Notes under the pieces: generated by a model
Seen by the model: only the letters and a program-made list of their open reading frames with translations
What the model was told of the DNA's origin: nothing
The model's database searches: none
Shown: one piece after another, positions 25,201 to 30,987 of the stretch
Layout: each line of letters begins with the position of its first letter
How positions within the stretch are numbered: position 1 is the stretch's first letter
NCBI GenBank assembly: GCA_964057225.1
Contig: OZ059896.1
Span: 12,214,001 to 12,278,000, forward strand
Source of the DNA: Auanema rhodensis
Taxonomy: Eukaryota > Animalia > Nematoda
Length of the DNA stretch: 64,000 bases
Direction of reading: 5' to 3'
Translations under genes and position numbers: made by a program

Positions 25201-28200
25201 ACTGACCAAACGTGGTATTACACAAGCCATTGCATCGATCTTTGACCCCATGGGTTTGATAAGTCCATGCCTACACCCACTACGACTCTTTCTACAGAAT
25301 CTATGGACAGAGAATTACGACTGGGACACTACGTTGCCTGAAGAACACCAAAAAACATGGCATACACTAGCCGAAAACTTCAACTTCAACAAAACTCAGC
25401 AACGAGCCCTACCAGAAGATCCGAATCAGCAGTACCACTTAGTTACCTGCACAGATTCTAGCGGATCAGCCCTAGGATTCTGCACATACCTCCTGGCAGC
25501 CACATCACGCATACCTACCTTGATCTTCGCTAAATCCAAGCTACACTCAAAGAACTCCAACATCACCATCCCGAAAGCAGAAATATCAGCTCTCACAGTA
25601 GGTGTCACAAACACCAACAAAATCATCAAAGAAATGAAAGACAACATCAAAATCTTGTCTACAACATTTTTATCGGACTCAGAAATAACGATAGCATGGA
25701 TAAGACGAAAACCTGATCAGAAGACAACAGGAGTCTTAGTACAAAACAGAATCAAGGAAATCTACGACCACATCGACCAAATCGAAGATATGGATATCAA
25801 GACATACTTTGGTTACATCAACACCAAAGACAACCCAGCCGACATTGCCACAAGAGGTTGCACAACAGACGAGCTACTAAATCATTTCTGGTGGAATCCC
25901 AAAGCACAAATTGACAAAGCCATTAATGGTCCGCTCTTCTCATTACCTCAACCAGAAATCACAGTGAATACAGCTAGGACATCTGAAGAATACGAAGAAT
26001 CCTGGCTAGAACACTGCAACACATGGATCCAAGCACAAGAAAAATGGATCGTGGAGAATTATTCGCTGTTAGAGAAACGACTACCGACACATTACGAAGA
26101 AGCCGAACTGAACCTTCTCCATCTGCATCAACACAACCTACTCGTACGTCTTACAGCAGCACAACGAAACGACTTAAGACCACTGTTGAAAGATCATCTT
26201 TGGCACAGCCGCGGACGAATGCAGAATAGTGAACTAGATGAGAGTGCAAAACTTCCTATCATCGTCTTACCCAAAACAAGGACAGCCACCTTAATTATCG
26301 AACACGTCCACAACCAATTTCACAAAAGCACTTCACACACCATGGCCGAAGTTCGACAGAAATTCTGGATACCACAACTTCGCTCACAAACCATCTCAGT
26401 CATACGAAGATGCGTAGAGTGCCAACGAATGAACAACCGACCATTCACGTACCCCCCCTCTGGCGACATACCCAGCAGAAGACTCAACCGAAGCCGACCA
26501 TTCCAACATATAGGCCTCGACTACTTCGGACCGCTGACGGTAAAGGACAAACCTCACAAAGTATGGGGTTGCATCTATACCTGCACAGTCACACGCCTAC
26601 TACACTTAGAAGTTATAGAAGACCTTACCACAAAAGCATTTCTTAACTGTCTAAGGAAGATATGGGCACGTAGAGGATATCCGGAAAGCATCACTTGCGA
26701 TAACGCCACCACATTCGAACTAGGACAGAAAGTGGCGAACAGACTGTTCAGCATCGCCAACACGACACAAACAGGTGACAGCCATAAGATAAAATGGCAC
26801 AACATAACACCTTACGCCCCCTGGCAAGGAGGATTCTACGAACGCCTTATCCGATCAGTAAAAGACTCTCTTCACAAAACCATGAAGAACATACCAACAA
26901 GCGAAGAACTGTCAATCACCTTAGCTGAATGTGAAGCAACACTCAACACTCGCCCACTCACATACATCGGATCCGACACAGGAACAGATGAAATAATCAG
27001 ACCATGTGACTTTATTCACAAAGACTTGGACCTTAACATTTCATTCCACTCGGACGATGACGACGAAGAATACCTCGACAACCCTGCCTTACAAACAAGA
27101 GCAGACACAGAAAAAGCCATCCATTCCTCCAGACAACGCACAAACAAATTCTGGGAGTTATGGATCGAACTCTACCTCAAAGAGTTAAGAGAACACCACA
27201 AGAACAACATCTCGGTGAAGAAAGCTGGTTCCAATCAACAGCCAAGAATCGACCAATACGTACTTATCAACGACAGTCCGATACCTCGGTACAAATGGCC
27301 GATTGGAAAAATCACACATATCTCACCAGACAAGAACGGACAGACCAGAGAAGTCACGCTTCTTTCAGAATCAGGCAGAGAACTCAAACGACCAGTGAAC
27401 CTTCTACATCCGCTGGAACTCTCAGACGACGACATTCCTGAAAGACTACGAAACACTAATCCTTCGAGAGATGTCCCACCAATAAGGCAGTCTAATCCAA
27501 GGAACGTACCTAGATTATGGTACGGAGAACAAAGAACAAACCTAATCACCTTTCTATCAATATTCTCAATACTTCTACCCATCATCTCTGCCACACCAAC
27601 AATATCTTGCAACTACCAAGGAGTTCAAATTCAAGGAATCTCGACAAACAATCAACAAGTATGCATCCACAACACATGCTATAACAACAGCCACGATGGA
27701 AACCTTATATTTCCCCCAGCGGACATCCTAACCAACTACGACGTAAGCTGGACCTTCCAACACAATTCCAGAATTCATCACATGATGATCACATGCCCAG
27801 CGGTACATTTCTGCTCCACTGTCACATGCACCTTCTGCACTGCTACACTTTTCAATCCATCTTGCTGGCCATGGACATCAATGCTACTTCTCACATTTCT
27901 TACATACATGCTCACAGCCTTATGCTACGGCATTCTATACACACCATGGGTCATAGGAAAACCAATCCGACTTTGGATACGATTATGCACCACCATCATA
28001 ATGACCATAATCAAGACGATCCGACACACACGTCAACCGAGGCCGCACAAATCAGCCATACCACTCCTAGCTCTGATGAGTTTGATACAAGTCACCTTCT
28101 CATGCCAAGAACTCGCGATCACATCCTCCGAACAGTCCACTTGCATCCAAGAGAAATGCCACATACAAACCACGCATAATCTCAACATCAGTCCATACAC

Positions 28201-30430
28201 TCAAGAAGCCTGCCTCACATTATCAAACAATCAAGACAATATCTCTTTCTTGAGAATACAGTGGATCAAAACCAACTACAAGTGTGAGACTCGGTCCCTT
28301 TACTTCACAAGAGAATCAAAGACTCACGTACAAGACAGCAAAAGATGCCCACACACTGGATCATGCCAAGAAGAAAAATGCAGCAACATCACCCCAAACT
28401 CAACTGTCAGCGAACTTCACATAGCTAACCAGTACCCAGGAACAACACACTGCACAGAATCCTGTGGTGGCATAGGATGCGGATGTTTTTACCCTTCATC
28501 AGGATGTCTTTTCTACAGGACCTACCAGAAGCCGACTGATACCTCGATATATGAAGTATACGACTGCAACTCTTGGACACCTACAACGGACCTCAGCCTA
28601 ACATACCGAAACGGATCAACCACCATCTCCAAAAACGTCACTCTATACTCTGACGTTCCGAAGCACATATATCCATTCACGCTAACTATTACAAGTCTCT
28701 CACCGCCAGTCATACCTGCGATGCAATACAAATTCATCCGCAACCTTACAAGAACAGCTATATGGAATCAACAACCCATGCTCTCATGCCCGAGCAGAAG
28801 AGACGCTATAAACATGAACTGTAACGCCACACCCACCTGCGTTTGCACACCGGCAGAAGACCAGGTCAACTGCCAGTGCCACGAAACATCCATCACCTCA
28901 GCCTTTACCAACGTACAATCAGCTATTCCAATGCTAACACCCTCTTACATGATCATGAACGAGGAAAGAAACTTACGGATCAACATTAACAACAACATGT
29001 TAACTGTAATCCACATCAAAATCGACGGGGAATTCCACACTTCCTCATCTCAAGACTCCACACATTGCAACATTCAGGATTCACCATTAACCGGATGTTA
29101 CAACTGCAACCGAGGAGCCCAAGCAAGTATCACATGTACTTCACCTCAACCAACTCTGGCAGCTATACAATGTGGTGAATCCGCATTCATGACACAATGC
29201 AGTCCACAAGGAACAACCAACTCCATCCAGCTGCCTATCACCTCAGCCTCACCTAGGATCACATGCACATACACCTGCGGAACACAAGAAAACACATTCC
29301 TCCTCTCAGGAATGCTGTACTACGTCAACACACTTCAAGACCTACGCTCTCATTACATACTCGGGAATCACTCGTCTCTCCAAGAAACAGCCTTCACCTT
29401 TTCTTGGCCCGACATTACTCACTTTTACAACATCTATCAGGAATGGTACAAAGCATTAGCAACCTGTCTACTCATTGCCATAATCGCTTTTACCTTTTCC
29501 TATTACATCATTACAACATACGCTACCAGACTAGCACTAGGCACCGCCCACTACATGGCTGCCGCAACATGTTACATCTTCCTCATTCCCCTCCGCGTCT
29601 TTATCATTTTTTGGCGCCAGCTCCTTCTCCTAAAGTCAAGGAAAACTCACATCCTAGTAGTATTCATTCTATTCACTATGTCACTCGCCAACACTAGAGC
29701 CTGCGAAATCAACCTAGTCTTGCAAAGATCACAAGAAAGATGCGACTCGTTTCTGAAGCTCACAAGAGAGAAACGGATTGAATGCTTGAAGGAACTCACC
29801 CAGCACATGGACCAATCACTTAGGGATTTTTACAAAACTGAGGCAAGTGAACTCTCTGACAAATCCAATCTCATCAACAGCGCCGCCACTGCCTTAAAAA
29901 ACTTCATAAGACTCAAAGATTTCCTTAACACCGCAAGAACACACCACGTGTTCCAAAATGAGCAAGACAAGCTCAAACCTTTTGGAAACGAGAGAAGACT
30001 AAACGAGTTGATGAAGAGTATCCAAAGGGAACACATCCCAGCGATAAACGGAGACAAAATGCCGTACAACTCCTCTACCATCAAAAGGGACGGAGAAGCG
30101 CCAGGATGTCCTCAACCCAAGGGAAACATCATCGTCGTAGAAGCACAGCCGGAGCTCAAAGAAATATTGGAAGAACTAAAACAGATGAGATCGGAGAACA
30201 AAGGGATGACCTCAGTGCTAATCGAACAGCTCGACCAACAAAGGAAATTCGACTCGCTAAAGAAAGAACTGAAAGAGATCAAGGAACTACTAGCGAAAGG
30301 GATCCAAGCCAAGCCTAGAGTGTCTAAGGAAACGCAGACTACCGGTAGGATCAAGACTAGAAAAGAAATGGAACAAGAAATTCTACCCACTAAGAGGAAC
30401 AAGACTCAGGCGGCGATCATCACCATATAG
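22181..30430 (+). CDS. Gag-Pol-Env polyprotein of BEL/Pao element with extra C-terminal domain (2,749 aa), copy 1
   Basis: Uninterrupted ORF with IPRFDG...W..FW gag motif, three CCHC knuckles, LDSGS protease, ADVKKAF / VPFG / YVDN RT, TDSS / PKAE / SDS / NPAD RNase H, LDYFGP / CDN / GGFYER integrase and a Cys-rich Gc with CGGIGCGCF. The true start codon is uncertain (22181, 22220 or later). Confidence 0.96.
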   Translation: MPVIRSPTRGQNDMVHQAESNEETRAEQWNSSCSLLLAKLKDNDARRKSYAVRQVTNTSNKTPSMIDTREREISNINGDILAINKLMDEMKHIPTDLRPEDQSRITKNEETLRKHISTLLSYSNDIQEQVNYLKGLNHTENSPDPTHTDSSQPSEHHLIGTAELTHATQPRSWETYRSRPTLKPVDIPRFDGNVKSWKNFWCLFHTLIHSSNMPTIEKFNYLRQSLTGEAASQIASFPTDEDYYFSAVHHLQDLYDDNDNITQHLMLEFLQIQARTSNQHDLLSMMDKIAGIFRQTEGNRNAELNSLAVVILHKKLPGNLLQEIYKSFPSGKTPDIRDLVDITRRHIRCQNKVKIFAADRFEKPITRVYNSPPGNTYNSQRNKPEAKKLAKTSSCIFCQKPHAPWDCDTTKSRKERLTILNQEKRCINCLRKTHNTESCPSKRTCSKCGEKHIDILCANKKKTTKVNLIESTPYNDEETEEHTVQFSSQFSTNQFKSALLPIGEIKIMTNGKISTIPAILDSGSDTSFIEEELAKELQLPVIESKRVKIKTFGNTKSVEHLTKVKATIKGTVSNITAHLWTKKTLTGPIKTVRIPKSDNSTFKLNQGTYVNPRILIGSDLMWQALTAIIPISDDHIQVKTQFGDFITGKASDQPSINAFSVITGNTSIPIDTWNKNFIEEQQEFTGTEQEEKQARDKLVLEQFQSTIQKRDDGYYVSFPWKDNINLLPDNKSLAHRRLISLVVKLSQQPDSLAAYDKIIQEQLDNGIIEPAEEPYPDAQTIHYIAHQAVLTPQKETTKLRIVYDASGHYQNRPSLNDVIHQGPLILPSLVGMILRFRCGKMALIADVKKAFLQIRLHESERDATRFFWLRDISKPMSTENTRTLRFCRVPFGINASPFLLAATIRHHLEQRSNENFLAHQIKENLYVDNLLLATNSEEDLKLGYQETKDIFAEMNMTLQEFITNSPDFNKNLLLEEKNTSSKPKVLGLPWDTETDQWIIQTKLPETKLTKRGITQAIASIFDPMGLISPCLHPLRLFLQNLWTENYDWDTTLPEEHQKTWHTLAENFNFNKTQQRALPEDPNQQYHLVTCTDSSGSALGFCTYLLAATSRIPTLIFAKSKLHSKNSNITIPKAEISALTVGVTNTNKIIKEMKDNIKILSTTFLSDSEITIAWIRRKPDQKTTGVLVQNRIKEIYDHIDQIEDMDIKTYFGYINTKDNPADIATRGCTTDELLNHFWWNPKAQIDKAINGPLFSLPQPEITVNTARTSEEYEESWLEHCNTWIQAQEKWIVENYSLLEKRLPTHYEEAELNLLHLHQHNLLVRLTAAQRNDLRPLLKDHLWHSRGRMQNSELDESAKLPIIVLPKTRTATLIIEHVHNQFHKSTSHTMAEVRQKFWIPQLRSQTISVIRRCVECQRMNNRPFTYPPSGDIPSRRLNRSRPFQHIGLDYFGPLTVKDKPHKVWGCIYTCTVTRLLHLEVIEDLTTKAFLNCLRKIWARRGYPESITCDNATTFELGQKVANRLFSIANTTQTGDSHKIKWHNITPYAPWQGGFYERLIRSVKDSLHKTMKNIPTSEELSITLAECEATLNTRPLTYIGSDTGTDEIIRPCDFIHKDLDLNISFHSDDDDEEYLDNPALQTRADTEKAIHSSRQRTNKFWELWIELYLKELREHHKNNISVKKAGSNQQPRIDQYVLINDSPIPRYKWPIGKITHISPDKNGQTREVTLLSESGRELKRPVNLLHPLELSDDDIPERLRNTNPSRDVPPIRQSNPRNVPRLWYGEQRTNLITFLSIFSILLPIISATPTISCNYQGVQIQGISTNNQQVCIHNTCYNNSHDGNLIFPPADILTNYDVSWTFQHNSRIHHMMITCPAVHFCSTVTCTFCTATLFNPSCWPWTSMLLLTFLTYMLTALCYGILYTPWVIGKPIRLWIRLCTTIIMTIIKTIRHTRQPRPHKSAIPLLALMSLIQVTFSCQELAITSSEQSTCIQEKCHIQTTHNLNISPYTQEACLTLSNNQDNISFLRIQWIKTNYKCETRSLYFTRESKTHVQDSKRCPHTGSCQEEKCSNITPNSTVSELHIANQYPGTTHCTESCGGIGCGCFYPSSGCLFYRTYQKPTDTSIYEVYDCNSWTPTTDLSLTYRNGSTTISKNVTLYSDVPKHIYPFTLTITSLSPPVIPAMQYKFIRNLTRTAIWNQQPMLSCPSRRDAINMNCNATPTCVCTPAEDQVNCQCHETSITSAFTNVQSAIPMLTPSYMIMNEERNLRININNNMLTVIHIKIDGEFHTSSSQDSTHCNIQDSPLTGCYNCNRGAQASITCTSPQPTLAAIQCGESAFMTQCSPQGTTNSIQLPITSASPRITCTYTCGTQENTFLLSGMLYYVNTLQDLRSHYILGNHSSLQETAFTFSWPDITHFYNIYQEWYKALATCLLIAIIAFTFSYYIITTYATRLALGTAHYMAAATCYIFLIPLRVFIIFWRQLLLLKSRKTHILVVFILFTMSLANTRACEINLVLQRSQERCDSFLKLTREKRIECLKELTQHMDQSLRDFYKTEASELSDKSNLINSAATALKNFIRLKDFLNTARTHHVFQNEQDKLKPFGNERRLNELMKSIQREHIPAINGDKMPYNSSTIKRDGEAPGCPQPKGNIIVVEAQPELKEILEELKQMRSENKGMTSVLIEQLDQQRKFDSLKKELKEIKELLAKGIQAKPRVSKETQTTGRIKTRKEMEQEILPTKRNKTQAAIITI
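22221..22229 (+). promoter_or_regulatory. Primer-binding site, likely tRNA-Gly(GCC), copy 1
   Basis: TGGTGCATC directly abuts the LTR end and is complementary to a ...GATGCACCA tRNA 3' end. The tRNA assignment is from recalled eukaryotic tRNA-Gly(GCC) ends and was not checked against the host. Confidence 0.75.
22724..23551 (+). other. gag: Gag region: DUF1759-like capsid domain plus three Zn knuckles (copy 2: add 13118)
   Basis: LKPVDIPRFDGNVKSWKNFWCLF...EKFNYLRQSLTGEA; CIFCQKPHAPWDC, CINCLRKTHNTESC and CSKCGEKHIDILC at 23363-23551, the triple knuckle typical of BEL/Pao. Confidence 0.9.
23680..24130 (+). other. Aspartic protease domain (approximate limits)
   Basis: AILDSGSDTSFI (catalytic D521, codon at 23741) and downstream ILIGSD motif. 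Confidence 0.88.
24520..25900 (+). other. pol: Reverse transcriptase and Pao-type RNase H (approximate limits)
   Basis: KLRIVYDAS, SLNDVIHQGP, ADVKKAFLQI (D846), RVPFGINASPFLL, YVDN (Y926, 24956), KVLGLPW; RNase H acidic residues in TDSS (D1092), TIPKAE, SDS and NPADIATRG. Confidence 0.93.
26300..27420 (+). other. Integrase (HHCC zinc finger, DDE core, DUF5641-like C-terminal domain)
   Basis: HVHNQFH...CVEC; D1447 (GLDYFGP), D1507 (CDNATTF), E1554 (PWQGGFYERL); FWELWIELYLKELR, WPIGKI, KRPVNLLHPLE. Confidence 0.93.
27542..28102 (+). other. env: Internal signal peptide plus short Gn-like glycoprotein and Gc signal sequence
   Basis: Hydrophobic LITFLSIFSILLPIISA (aa 1788-1804), Cys-rich CPAVHFCSTVTCTFC...NPSCWP, TM helix, basic tail, second signal AIPLLALMSLIQVTFS|C. 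Confidence 0.72.
28103..29520 (+). other. env: Phlebovirus G2/Gc-like class II fusion glycoprotein
   Basis: Starts C1975; KRCPHTGSC, fusion-loop segment CTESCGGIGCGCFYPSSGCLF (28451-28513), GCYNCNRGA, several N-x-S/T sequons, TM anchor from W2422 (29444). Confidence 0.9.
29702..30430 (+). other. Uncharacterised C-terminal accessory domain (242 aa, helical/coiled-coil, KETQT motif)
   Basis: Hydrophilic E/K/L-rich sequence after the last hydrophobic segment; heptad-like ELKEILEELKQM...LKKELKEIKELL; SKETQT near the C-terminus. Confidence 0.7.
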
Positions 30431-30446
30431 ATGTTCTCTTCTCGAC

Positions 30447-30454
30447 GGCCGGAG
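30447..30454 (+). promoter_or_regulatory. Short, atypical polypurine-tract position (GGCCGGAG), copy 1
   Basis: Immediately 5' of the 3' LTR; assigned by position, only 6 of 8 bases are purines. Confidence 0.45.
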
Positions 30455-30987
30455 TGTGCTGAAGCACTCTCATCCCGTGATAATAGTGTTCCTCCTTAGT
30501 TTAAGTTCAATTGTACTTCTTTATTGTCCTCTCTTTGTACTATCCATTATCCTCAACTATCTAATCGATAATCCTGTAAGTTGTCACCAACGGCCGATTT
30601 GCCGATGAATCACCTATCGCCCTTTGCCATCTGATCCATTAGGCAAGATCTTAGGCGCGATAGCCGTCGCCCACTTGCAAGGGGGATGAATCACATAGGA
30701 TTTAGACCCCTCCTCTCGCTTTCTACAATTAATACATTATCTATCACTTCCGGGGACCTAGTATATAAACCCGCAATAATTCTTCTAAATCATGTCTCAA
30801 TATTATCCTGCCACCGCTATCATCTTCCCGTCAATTTATTTCTGTTTTACTCGTATTGTATTCGTATCGCCGATAATAAACTCTTCTCTTGTACTCGCGT
30901 CTATTGCCTATTACTTGGACTAATATTCCACTACCACTGAACCACAAATGCCCGTTATTCGCTCTCCAACTAGAGGACAAAACGACA
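30455..30987 (+). repeat. 3' LTR of copy 1 (533 bp)
   Basis: Same sequence as 21688-22220 by eye; the 84-aa LTR ORF translation is identical. Confidence 0.97.
30875..30880 (+). terminator. Putative polyadenylation signal in 3' LTR (copy 2 equivalent 43993-43998)
   Basis: AATAAA followed by pyrimidine-rich CTCTTCTCTTGT, downstream of the TATA position. Confidence 0.6.

Larger units (their letters stand above)
21688..30987 (+). mobile_element. Full-length BEL/Pao (Belpaoviridae) LTR retrotransposon / endogenous virus with phlebovirus-like env, copy 1 (9,300 bp)
   Basis: Direct 533-bp LTRs (TGT...ACA), 5-bp TSD, PBS and a single ORF in gag-PR-RT-RH-IN-env order with BEL/Pao signature motifs. 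Confidence 0.97.

Noticed and set aside
22334-27368. Spliced env mRNA using donor-like G|GTACGT (22334) and acceptor-like TTTCAG (27368)
   Set aside because: The join is out of frame (phase 0 to phase 1), and the first ATG after the acceptor (27471) is also out of frame with env.
27542-29520. Independent endogenous phlebovirus M-segment insertion
   Set aside because: The glycoprotein is in frame with pol and enclosed by the LTRs, so it is the element's env; no L or N gene is recognisable.
22339-30402. Many 60-144 aa antisense and alternate-frame ORFs inside the polyprotein gene (and copy 2)
   Set aside because: Expected shadows of a long, compositionally biased ORF; no motifs and no independent expression signals.
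21688-30987. Ty3/gypsy, Ty1/copia or vertebrate retrovirus classification
   Set aside because: Triple Zn knuckle, YVDN, NPAD..TRG and PWQGGFYER motifs with RT-RH-IN order indicate BEL/Pao.
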